Below are positions 1 through 7,315 of a DNA stretch of 14,897 bases, one piece after another; within the stretch, counting starts at the first letter, position 1, and each line of letters starts with the position of its first letter. Source of the stretch: an archaeon (lineage in GTDB: Archaea; Iainarchaeota; Iainarchaeia; Iainarchaeales; CSSED10-239); contig JBAYPN010000018.1 in the NCBI GenBank assembly GCA_041677685.1, positions 1-14,897 of the forward strand, read 5' to 3'. Under the pieces are notes generated by a model. It was not told where the DNA came from. It ran no database searches and saw only the letters and a program-made list of their open reading frames with translations. The position numbers and the translations under genes were made by a program.

Positions 1-1
1 A

Positions 2-223
2 TCAAATGTAGAAGTTGATACTGTTATTAAAGAACTAAGAGATAGAAATCTAATTATTCTTGATATTGAAGGGATCTCAAAAAGAAATCCACAAAGAGCA
101 AAGCAATTTGTTGGACAATTAAAGATGTATATTACTGATAAAGGTGGAGATATCGCAATGATGTCAAAAACTAAACTACTAATTGTTCCTAGTAAAGTAA
201 AAATTATTAAAAAAATAAAATAA
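2..223 (+). CDS. sepF: Cell division protein SepF (DUF552 family), C-terminal part; the 5' end lies outside the window
   Basis: Frame 2 is open from the window edge to TAA at 221-223. The translation ...VIKELRDRNLIILDIEGISKRNPQRAKQFVGQLKMYITDKGGDIAMMSKTKLLIVPSKVKI lines up by eye with the SepF core as I recall it from Bacillus: LKNRRAVVVNL...QAKRIVDFLSG..YAIGGDI..I....FL..P..V.V. Confidence 0.65.
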   Translation, partial: SNVEVDTVIKELRDRNLIILDIEGISKRNPQRAKQFVGQLKMYITDKGGDIAMMSKTKLLIVPSKVKIIKKIK

Positions 224-225
224 AT

Positions 226-966
226 TTGACATCTAAGATGCAAATAGATAAAAAAAGGTTTCCAGTTAAACTGGAGCCTAAACAAGTTATAGAGATAATT
301 AAAACCAATCTCAAAAAAAAAGGTTACAAATTAGATATAAGCCCAAAAAGTTTATATCTAACTCTCACACCTTATTGGGTTTGTTACTACGATATTCTTT
401 CTAATTATAATGGTAAATTTGAACAGATTACCGGTCAAATTGCAATTAACAGCATAAGCAACAAAATAAATGAAAAGGTAGTTTTACTTTTTGCTGTTGA
501 AAAACCAAGGATAATGGCAGAATTGCATATTCCAAAAACAGACAAAACCCAAATAGTTTTAAAAAAGTCAATAATTTCCCAAAAAGAAGCAGAAAAAACA
601 ATTACTAATTATTTAGCTCAAAAATATAATGTGAAAATTGAAGAAGTATTCTTAAGTGGTGTTGAAGAAATAATTGTTCCTAATTGGAAATTAAAGATTC
701 TAAAAACTAAAATAAAACTAGATGCAATTACTGGGGAAGTTAATGACTTTGAGAAAATAAAAGAAAAAGAACTAACTCAAAAGGAACTTTTTTATGAAAT
801 GCTTGAAGATATTAAGAGTCCAAAAAAAGTTGCAAACTACATATTTATTATCTTTAATAGTATTGGCAAAGGTATTGTTTGGCTTTTTGATCAGCTTAGA
901 AAAAATTATAAATCAATTTTGTGGATTTTACTAATTTCTATTCTTGTCTATCTGATTCTTCTTTAA
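226..966 (+). CDS. Hypothetical protein with two PepSY-like repeats, no N-terminal signal peptide and a C-terminal hydrophobic hairpin or tail anchor
   Basis: 246-aa ORF. The ORF-track start is TTG at 226, and ATG at 238 is an alternative. The segments ISQKEAEKTITNYLAQKYNVKIEEVFL...IVPNWKLKI...IKLDAITGEV and LEPKQVIEIIKTNLKK...LTPYWVCYYDI...ITGQIAINSISNKI resemble the PepSY pattern (helix, beta-hairpin, then D-a-x-T-G-x-v). The C-terminus has two hydrophobic stretches, ANYIFIIFNSIGKGIVWLF and ILWILLISILVYLILL. It starts 2 bp after the sepF stop. Confidence 0.6.
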   Translation: MTSKMQIDKKRFPVKLEPKQVIEIIKTNLKKKGYKLDISPKSLYLTLTPYWVCYYDILSNYNGKFEQITGQIAINSISNKINEKVVLLFAVEKPRIMAELHIPKTDKTQIVLKKSIISQKEAEKTITNYLAQKYNVKIEEVFLSGVEEIIVPNWKLKILKTKIKLDAITGEVNDFEKIKEKELTQKELFYEMLEDIKSPKKVANYIFIIFNSIGKGIVWLFDQLRKNYKSILWILLISILVYLILL

Positions 967-1140
967 CTTATAAATACAATTCTTCTTACAAATTGTAAAT
1001 ATAATTCTTCTTATAAATTATAAATACAACTCTTCTTATAAATTATAAATAAAATTCTTCTTATAACTTGTAAATATAACTCTTCTTACAACTTGTAAAT
1101 ATAATTCTTCTTATAACTTATAAATACAATTCTTCTTTAA
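957..1140. repeat. Tandem direct repeat array with a 25-bp unit, consensus TCTTCTTAYAAMTTRTAAATAHAAY: one 24-bp unit, six 25-bp units and a partial eighth
   Basis: Units read directly from the sequence: 957-980 tcttctttaacttataaatacaat; 981-1005 tcttcttacaaattgtaaatataat; 1006-1030 tcttcttataaattataaatacaac; 1031-1055 tcttcttataaattataaataaaat; 1056-1080 tcttcttataacttgtaaatataac; 1081-1105 tcttcttacaacttgtaaatataat; 1106-1130 tcttcttataacttataaatacaat; partial unit from 1131, tcttcttta. In the six full units 20 of 25 positions are invariant. The variable positions are 9, 12, 15, 22 and 25. Confidence 0.95.
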
Positions 1141-2068
1141 TTACAGAAATTAATTCAATCTCATTTTTAGATTTAGAAACAACATCTCTTAGTTGACTAG
1201 CTTTTGGAAAATCCTTTAAAAAAGAAACAACTATTAATTTAAATTTTGGAAAAGGAATTTTATGTTTTTTGTATATTTTTAAAAAATCTAGAAAAGCTTT
1301 TTTTCTTTTTTCAAGATCATACTCTTCAATTTCTTTCTGCAGATCATAATCAACAATCTGGGTAAAGATGTAAGGATTGCCTAAAGCCTCACGAGCAACC
1401 ATGATTGCTGAAAAGTCATCAAATAAGTTTAGATTGTTTTTTGACACATCTCCATTATAGATAAAAGGAATTGAAATCTCCTTATTTAGTTTCTTTAAAA
1501 AAGAAACCTCTGCTTTTACAGAGTAATTGTCAACAGCTCTTCTTGCATGAACCACTAGTCCATCAATTCCAGTTGATATTAGTTTTTTAGAAATAATATT
1601 AATTTCATTTTCATAAAAACCAAGCCTTGTCTTTACAGTTACTGGTTTATTAGAAACAGATTTTATTTCTTTTATTACAGGTAAGACTTTAGAAAGATCC
1701 TTTATCAAACAAGAGCCTGAGTTTCCTGCAATAATCTTTCCTGAGGGACAACCTAAATTTAAATTTATAATATCAAAGTCTTTTAGAGAATCTATTACCT
1801 CAATTGCTTTTAAAGTTAATTTTCTATCTGTAAAATCTCCAACTAATTGAACAGCAGTAACCTTGTCATCTTTACAAGAATCTAATGAACTAATCTTACT
1901 TAAATCTTTTTCAAAAGGAACAACTTGTTTAATGTGCACCATCTCTGTAAATGTTAAAGAAGCACCATAATCTTTACAAAGTAATCTAAAAGGTAAAGTT
2001 GAATAATCTAAGATTGGTGCTAAAACACCTCTTGATTTAAATTTATATTTTGAAATTTGAAAAGACAT
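1118..2068 (-). CDS. dus: tRNA-dihydrouridine synthase (Dus family, FMN-dependent TIM barrel)
   Basis: 316-aa ORF carrying the Dus signature blocks: LAPILDYSTLPFRLLCKDYGASLTFTEMV, NLNLGCPSGKI (catalytic Cys context), PVTVKTRLG, VVHARR, IPFIYNGDV and IMVAREALGNPYIF. Confidence 0.85.
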   Translation of the reverse strand: MSFQISKYKFKSRGVLAPILDYSTLPFRLLCKDYGASLTFTEMVHIKQVVPFEKDLSKISSLDSCKDDKVTAVQLVGDFTDRKLTLKAIEVIDSLKDFDIINLNLGCPSGKIIAGNSGSCLIKDLSKVLPVIKEIKSVSNKPVTVKTRLGFYENEINIISKKLISTGIDGLVVHARRAVDNYSVKAEVSFLKKLNKEISIPFIYNGDVSKNNLNLFDDFSAIMVAREALGNPYIFTQIVDYDLQKEIEEYDLEKRKKAFLDFLKIYKKHKIPFPKFKLIVVSFLKDFPKASQLRDVVSKSKNEIELISVIKEELYL

Positions 2069-2158
2069 ACATAATTATCAGATACATAAAACTTTTAAAA
2101 AGAAGTGAACAATAATATATATACATATTTAAAAATAAAAAACATATAAAAATTAAAA

Positions 2159-2163
2159 GTGAT
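2159..2163 (+). promoter_or_regulatory. Shine-Dalgarno-like GTGAT, 7 nt upstream of the ATG at 2171
   Basis: The sequence aaaaGTGATttaaattATG is seen directly. GGTGAT-type SD elements complement the conserved 3' end of 16S rRNA (GAUCACCUCC). Confidence 0.5.
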
Positions 2164-2170
2164 TTAAATT

Positions 2171-3478
2171 ATGAAAAAAATATCTACAGAAGCAGTTGTT
2201 TCTATAATTGTTGTTATTCTATTTATTGGTTCTATATTTGGCTTTGCACTAGGGGGAAGACCTGATAGTGACACTCCAGTTGTTGATGATAACAAACCAG
2301 TTGACACAGATTTTAATTTACCATTAGAAGTTTACCTAGGACAAATTGATTCAAATGTTTTAGAAATATATCCACAGATAATTGTTGCAGGTAACACCGA
2401 CATTTATGATGTTGAAGAAGTTAAAGGTAAATTTTATGAGATTGATGGAGTTAAAAGTCCAACAGTGAACTTCAATAAAGATGTTAATGGAAATATTGTT
2501 GCAATTGTAAAAATAATAATTAATGGTAATAAAAAGGAAGAAATTGTAAATAAGATTAATGATTTTAATTTTATAAAAGAACCTGAAATCTACCAAATGG
2601 GTTTAGTGTCTTTACCTAAAAAAACAATTGATCTTGTAGGCGATGATAACAAAACCAAAGATTATCAAATGACTATTGAGAAAATGGAAGCAATCTTGGG
2701 AATTGAGACACTTAAAAAAGATCAAATCTTAGCACAGATCCAGATTGTCTTTAGAGGAGAAACTCCAACACAATTTTTAATCCTAGAATCACAAAATCTT
2801 TCTAGTAGCCCACAGATGGTTTTTGGAGAAATTAATTCTGATTTAAGTGATTGGTTAGATTCTTACACAGTTGTTTCAAAAACAAATATTGATAATAACA
2901 TTAGCCTTTCAGAAATTGAAGAGTTGTTTGTTGATGAAAATCTAGAGATTACTATAAAATTTATAGACAATTTAGAGTATAAGCTTTTAGAAGATCAAAA
3001 CTTTGAAAGTTTAAAAATAGATTTACAAGCACTTAAAGATGAAAATGGCACAATCATTAAAGACACACAGATTGATGAAAATGAAAGTAAATTGATTGTT
3101 AGCTTTAATGAGGGTTATGATCTTATACAGTATCTGGAAACTAAACAAAAGCTTTCAGAAAAAATAGAAGGCACCCCTTTAATTATTAATATGCCAAAAC
3201 AACAAATCAACCTTATATTTAATACTGGTGATTTAAATCTAGAAGCAATCTCTCAAAAATTAGAAACTAAAGAAGTAGAGATTACAAATGTGACTAGACT
3301 TGCAGAATTTGATCTTTTGAAAGTAACTCTAAATAACATAGATTATACTTTTAAAGAAAGATACGCAACTGCACATCTTTTATGGCCAGAAGACGAGAAT
3401 AAAAGTAATTTTGATTTGATTGTTAATGCCTTTGCAATTAGAGATGAATTGATGTTTGTGCAATTAGAGGAAAAATAA
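2171..3478 (+). CDS. Hypothetical acidic protein with an N-terminal signal-anchor; predicted extracytoplasmic and membrane-anchored
   Basis: 435-aa ORF. The N-terminus MKKISTEAVVSIIVVILFIGSIFGFALGG is a short basic stretch followed by a hydrophobic helix. The remainder is rich in D, E, N, I and K, and I recognise no motif in it. An SD-like GTGAT lies upstream. Confidence 0.6.
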   Translation: MKKISTEAVVSIIVVILFIGSIFGFALGGRPDSDTPVVDDNKPVDTDFNLPLEVYLGQIDSNVLEIYPQIIVAGNTDIYDVEEVKGKFYEIDGVKSPTVNFNKDVNGNIVAIVKIIINGNKKEEIVNKINDFNFIKEPEIYQMGLVSLPKKTIDLVGDDNKTKDYQMTIEKMEAILGIETLKKDQILAQIQIVFRGETPTQFLILESQNLSSSPQMVFGEINSDLSDWLDSYTVVSKTNIDNNISLSEIEELFVDENLEITIKFIDNLEYKLLEDQNFESLKIDLQALKDENGTIIKDTQIDENESKLIVSFNEGYDLIQYLETKQKLSEKIEGTPLIINMPKQQINLIFNTGDLNLEAISQKLETKEVEITNVTRLAEFDLLKVTLNNIDYTFKERYATAHLLWPEDENKSNFDLIVNAFAIRDELMFVQLEEK

Positions 3479-3484
3479 AATAAA

Positions 3485-3829
3485 TTATTTCTCTTCCAAT
3501 TCTGAGATTGCCTGCGCAATATCTCCTTTTGTTTTTTCTAAAGTCAATTTTGCTTTTTCATAAGACACTTTTGCAGTTGTAGAAACTAAATTTACATCAT
3601 CCTCTGGAATTTTTAATTGTTTCTCTTCTGATATTTCTCCTGCTACTTGGTATGTTTTTTGACCTTGCATTGAAATTTCAGTTACTGATGGGTTATTAAT
3701 TACTATTTTAGAATCTCCTTCTAGTTCAATGATTACTCTTTTTGCAGATAGCTCTTTGTTTTCAATACCCATCTGTTTCATCATAGAATTTATTCTTCTT
3801 GGATCAAGTCCACCCATTCCTGGAATCAT
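3485..3829 (-). CDS. nac: Nascent polypeptide-associated complex protein (archaeal NAC alpha: NAC domain plus C-terminal UBA-like domain)
   Basis: 114-aa ORF. MIPGMGGLDPRRINSMMKQMGI...VIIEL.G..IVI.NP.V.EI.MQGQKTYQV is the typical archaeal NAC N-terminus and beta-barrel. The C-terminal IPEDDVNLVSTTAKVSYEKAKLTLEKTKGDIAQAISEL matches the UBA region. Confidence 0.85.
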   Translation of the reverse strand: MIPGMGGLDPRRINSMMKQMGIENKELSAKRVIIELEGDSKIVINNPSVTEISMQGQKTYQVAGEISEEKQLKIPEDDVNLVSTTAKVSYEKAKLTLEKTKGDIAQAISELEEK

Positions 3830-3836
3830 AAAAATT

Positions 3837-3841
3837 ACCTC
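3837..3841 (-). promoter_or_regulatory. Shine-Dalgarno GAGGT, 7 nt upstream of the nac ATG
   Basis: The reverse complement of 3830-3844 reads aatGAGGTaattttt and is followed by ATG (3829-3827). Confidence 0.5.
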
Positions 3842-3969
3842 ATTTTTTATTTTAATAATTGTGTATAAATATTAAATAATGCAAAATATTTATTAATACC
3901 TTGGATTTTGTAAAAAAATTAGTATTTAAAAATATATTTGGTTGTATATTGTATTAAGATAAACAAATA

Positions 3970-3974
3970 GTGAT
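3970..3974 (+). promoter_or_regulatory. Shine-Dalgarno-like GTGAT, 5 nt upstream of the ATG at 3980
   Basis: The sequence atAGTGATTAACtATG is seen directly. The 10-mer AGTGATTAAC is identical to the one upstream of valS. Confidence 0.5.
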
Positions 3975-3979
3975 TAACT

Positions 3980-4603
3980 ATGAAACAAACAATTAACAAA
4001 ATCGAACAATTAGAAAAATATTATTCTGTTACTTTAAGTGAAGAGGATAAAAAATATTTAATTTATTATTTTAAAACAAAAGTCTTACAGGTAGAGAATA
4101 GAAAAATAGTTTACCCTAAACTTACAGAGATTAAAAAAAAACAAAATGAATTAAGTGAAAGTCTTTTAGATCTTAAAAAAGAAGAGCAGTATTGGAAAAG
4201 AACAAAGAACAATGCAGAAAACTATTATAAGAATATTGCTACAAACATGGTTTTTAAAAAGAAATATTGGCAACATAAAATTAAGAAAATGATAGACAAA
4301 GATTATAAAAAAGATGTTCTTGACTCTAAACTAACAGACCAAATTCTAATGGACCCTGAATATCAACATTTGTTTAATACCTTTCTTGTAGATCCAGATT
4401 ATAGACGTAAACTTAAAGAAACAGTTAATAACTCAATTGTTTATAGAGACACAAACATTGGAGAGTATAGTAAAAAGAAACAAAAGTTTAAACAAACAAC
4501 TGCTAAATCCAAAATGGAACAAGTTTCTAAAAAAATTAAAGAAATTGAGTTTTCTATTAAGATACAAAATAAGATCTTTGACCTTGTGAAGAAGTATAGT
4601 TGA
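3980..4603 (+). CDS. Hypothetical lysine-rich, probably coiled-coil protein
   Basis: 207-aa ORF with a good SD context. It is very rich in K, E and Y, has no hydrophobic segment, and I recognise no catalytic motif. Confidence 0.5.
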   Translation: MKQTINKIEQLEKYYSVTLSEEDKKYLIYYFKTKVLQVENRKIVYPKLTEIKKKQNELSESLLDLKKEEQYWKRTKNNAENYYKNIATNMVFKKKYWQHKIKKMIDKDYKKDVLDSKLTDQILMDPEYQHLFNTFLVDPDYRRKLKETVNNSIVYRDTNIGEYSKKKQKFKQTTAKSKMEQVSKKIKEIEFSIKIQNKIFDLVKKYS

Positions 4604-4744
4604 AAAAAAATATTTAACTTACCCAAAAAAAGATATTGTGGATATTGAAAATCATAAAAAAACTATAATCTAAATTTAGAAAAACACAACCCCTCTGCTC
4701 CCAAAAAAACAACACCTTTAATTTCTAATTTGAAACTCTTCAAC

Positions 4745-4751
4745 TTTTTTT
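4745..4751 (+). terminator. Oligo-T tract (T7), a candidate archaeal intrinsic terminator for the upstream transcript
   Basis: The sequence caacTTTTTTTaatat is seen directly. Archaeal RNA polymerase terminates at oligo-T runs. The tract lies 142 nt after the stop of the 3980..4603 ORF and just before the AT-rich valS promoter region. Confidence 0.3.
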
Positions 4752-4805
4752 AATATATAATATTTATAATATCTTTGTAGTAATTATTATATATAATATT
4801 AGAGA

Positions 4806-4810
4806 GTGAT
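4806..4810 (+). promoter_or_regulatory. Shine-Dalgarno-like GTGAT, 5 nt upstream of the valS ATG
   Basis: The sequence agAGTGATTAACaATG is seen directly. Confidence 0.5.
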
Positions 4811-4815
4811 TAACA

Positions 4816-7278
4816 ATGGATTTAGATATTTCACAATTACCGAAAAAATACAACACACAAGAAATTGAAAAAAAATGGCTAGAGGTTTGGTCAACTAAAA
4901 ATCTTTATGCCTTTGATAGAGACAACTTAGAAAAACCAATCTTTACAATTGACTCTCCACCTCCAACAATCTCTGGAAAATTACATATGGGGCATGCCTT
5001 TGGTGGAGCTCAAATGGACTTTATTGCAAGATATAAAAGACTAAAAGGCTTTAATGTCCTACTACCTTTAGGCACAGATGACAATGGTCTTCCAACCCAA
5101 AAATTAATAGAAAAAATAAAAGGTGTAAAATCACAATTGATGACTAGAGAAGATTTCTTAGAGCTTTGTTATAAGACCTTAGACATAGAACTTAGAGAAG
5201 ACTATTTATATAAATTTAAAAGATTAGGAATCAGTGTTGACTGGACACTTGTTTATGACACCATAGATGACAACTCAAGAAAAATATCACAACTCTCATT
5301 TATTGATCTTTTAGAAAAAGAAAAAACCTATAGAAAAGAAGCACCAACCATGTGGTGTACCACTTGCCAAACAGCAATTGCACAAGTTGACTTGGTTGAT
5401 GAAGAGATATCTTCTACTTTTAATAACATAATTTTTAAAATAGATGACCAAGACCTAATTGTTGCAACAACTAGACCAGAACTTCTACCTGCTTGTGTTG
5501 CTATTTTCTACAACCCTAATGACGAAAGGTATAAAAAATTCTTAGGAAAAAAAGCAAAAGTTCCATTATTTGATTTTGAAGTTCCAATCTTAGAAGACGA
5601 AAAAGCAGACCCTAACAAAGGCACAGGGTTAGTTATGTGCTGTACTTTTGGAGACCAAACAGACATGGAATGGCAAAAAAAGTATAATCTTCCAATCAAG
5701 CAAGCAATTACTAAAAGTGGATTTATGAGTGAAATAACAAAAGAATATAAAGACCTAAAAATAACAGAAGCTAGACAAAAAATAATCCAAGACCTTAAAA
5801 ACAATAATCTTCTAACAACCCAAACCCCAATCAAGCACATGGTAAACACACATGAAAGATGTTCAACTCCAATTGAATTTATTAACTCCAAACAATGGTT
5901 TATCAAATACCTAGACATTAAAAAAGAAATGATAGACTGGGGAAATGAATTTGAATGGCTTCCTAAATTTTATAAAACAAGATATAACAATTGGGTAAAT
6001 GGACTTAGCTGGGATTGGTGTATCTCAAGACAAATAAAGTTAGGAATAACCTTTCCAATCTGGTATTGTAAAAACTGTGAAGAAATAGTTGTTGCTAACA
6101 AAGACTCTTTACCAGTTGATCCAGAAACTACAAAACCACCAATTGAAAGATGCCCAAAATGCGGACACACAGAGTTTTTTGCAGAAAAGGATGTTATGAC
6201 TACCTGGGCAACAAGCGCTCTTACTCCCACAATTGTTAAAAGTCTTATAAAAGACAGTAAGACCTATCAACTAATAAAAAACAAACCTATGGACTTAAGA
6301 CCACAAGGACACGACATAATCTCCTTTTGGTTATTTAATACAATTGTTAAATCAAAATTCCATTATGATCTAATACCTTGGAAAAAAGCAATGATCAACG
6401 GTTGGATCTTAGGAACTGATGGAAAGAAGATGTCAAAATCAAAAGGTAATGGTGTTGATCCTGAAACTGCTATTGAGAAATTTGGAGCAGATGCTATTAG
6501 GTATATGTCTGCTAGCTGTAAACTTGGACAAGACTTAATCTATCCAGAAAAAGAAATCTTGACTGGACAAAAGACAATCATAAAATTATTTAATTCTGTT
6601 AAATTTACTTTAATGCACTTGATTGACTTTAATCCAGAAACAAAAATTGAAAAGCTAGAAGAACTTGATAACTGTTTATTAAATAAATTAAATCAAACAA
6701 TTAAAAATGCAGATAATAACCTAAATAATTTTGATTTTTCAAAAGCACTTCAAGAGATTAATCTTTTCTTTTGGAAAGAACTTTGTGACAATTATTTAGA
6801 GATTGTAAAGAACAGATTATATAATCCAGAGACTAGAGGAGCTAAAGAAAGACTGTCTGCACAATATACCTTGTATCATGCCTTTAATGCTGTGTTAAAG
6901 ATGTACTCTGTTTATCTTCCATTTGCAACTGAGGAGCTATATAGTTACTATTTTAAAGATATTGAAAAGAAAGAATCAATACATGTTTGTGAGTGGCCAA
7001 AAGAAGTTACTTCTAATGAGTGTGAAAAAAACACAAAAGAAACATATGAAGAGATCTTAAAAATTATCTCCATGATTAGAACCTACAAGTCAACAGAGAA
7101 CATTTCACTTAAAACAGAATTAGAGGTTATAGAGATTGAAAGCACAAAAGATTATTCTAAGTTTTTAGAAGATCTTAGAGCAGTTACTAAAGCTAAAACA
7201 ATTAATGTTACAGAAAAACTTGAAAATCACACTATTGAGCAAGAAAGCATAAAACTAAATATTAAAAAAGCTTTGTAA
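4816..7278 (+). CDS. valS: Valine--tRNA ligase (class I aminoacyl-tRNA synthetase)
   Basis: 820-aa ORF. PPPTISGKLHMGHA supplies the HIGH motif in a ValRS-type PPPxxSG context. TTRPELL marks the editing-domain boundary typical of ValRS. WCISRQ, two Cys-pair zinc knuckles (CKNCEE and CPKCGH) and KMSKSKGN (the KMSKS loop) are also present. Confidence 0.9.
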   Translation: MDLDISQLPKKYNTQEIEKKWLEVWSTKNLYAFDRDNLEKPIFTIDSPPPTISGKLHMGHAFGGAQMDFIARYKRLKGFNVLLPLGTDDNGLPTQKLIEKIKGVKSQLMTREDFLELCYKTLDIELREDYLYKFKRLGISVDWTLVYDTIDDNSRKISQLSFIDLLEKEKTYRKEAPTMWCTTCQTAIAQVDLVDEEISSTFNNIIFKIDDQDLIVATTRPELLPACVAIFYNPNDERYKKFLGKKAKVPLFDFEVPILEDEKADPNKGTGLVMCCTFGDQTDMEWQKKYNLPIKQAITKSGFMSEITKEYKDLKITEARQKIIQDLKNNNLLTTQTPIKHMVNTHERCSTPIEFINSKQWFIKYLDIKKEMIDWGNEFEWLPKFYKTRYNNWVNGLSWDWCISRQIKLGITFPIWYCKNCEEIVVANKDSLPVDPETTKPPIERCPKCGHTEFFAEKDVMTTWATSALTPTIVKSLIKDSKTYQLIKNKPMDLRPQGHDIISFWLFNTIVKSKFHYDLIPWKKAMINGWILGTDGKKMSKSKGNGVDPETAIEKFGADAIRYMSASCKLGQDLIYPEKEILTGQKTIIKLFNSVKFTLMHLIDFNPETKIEKLEELDNCLLNKLNQTIKNADNNLNNFDFSKALQEINLFFWKELCDNYLEIVKNRLYNPETRGAKERLSAQYTLYHAFNAVLKMYSVYLPFATEELYSYYFKDIEKKESIHVCEWPKEVTSNECEKNTKETYEEILKIISMIRTYKSTENISLKTELEVIEIESTKDYSKFLEDLRAVTKAKTINVTEKLENHTIEQESIKLNIKKAL

Positions 7279-7282
7279 GTGT

Positions 7283-7300
7283 ATATATTATATAATATTA
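7283..7300 (+). promoter_or_regulatory. TATA-box-like element about 25 nt upstream of the ATG at 7316, a candidate promoter for a leaderless mRNA
   Basis: The sequence atatattatataatatta is centred about 25 nt upstream of the start codon, and no SD-like motif lies between them. Archaeal TATA boxes sit about 26 nt upstream of the transcription start site. Confidence 0.3.
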
Positions 7301-7315
7301 AAAATAAGACAAGAT

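Noticed and set aside
226-966. The first ORF could be a substrate of the nearby archaeosortase-like protein, because it ends in a hydrophobic helix.
   Set aside because: It has no N-terminal signal peptide. No conserved short motif (PGF, PEF or PEP-like) precedes the last helix, and no basic tail follows it. The gene is also about 9 kb from the sortase-like gene.
957-1140. The repeat array could be a CRISPR array.
   Set aside because: The units are directly adjacent with no unique spacers between them. The 25-bp unit is almost pure A+T, and no cas genes or leader are nearby. It is a tandem minisatellite or iteron array, not a CRISPR.
2360-2596. A 78-aa antisense ORF lies inside the 2171..3478 gene.
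   Set aside because: It lies entirely within a longer, better-supported ORF on the other strand. It is low-complexity and F/I/N-rich, as expected from reading AT-rich coding DNA in reverse. It has no SD or promoter context.
4441-4626. A 61-aa antisense ORF overlaps the 3' end of the 3980..4603 gene.
   Set aside because: It is short and low-complexity, overlaps a longer sense ORF, and has no initiation signals.
5508-6230. Two antisense ORFs (136 aa and 86 aa) lie inside valS.
   Set aside because: valS is unambiguous, with conserved class I synthetase motifs throughout. These are chance open frames on the opposite strand.
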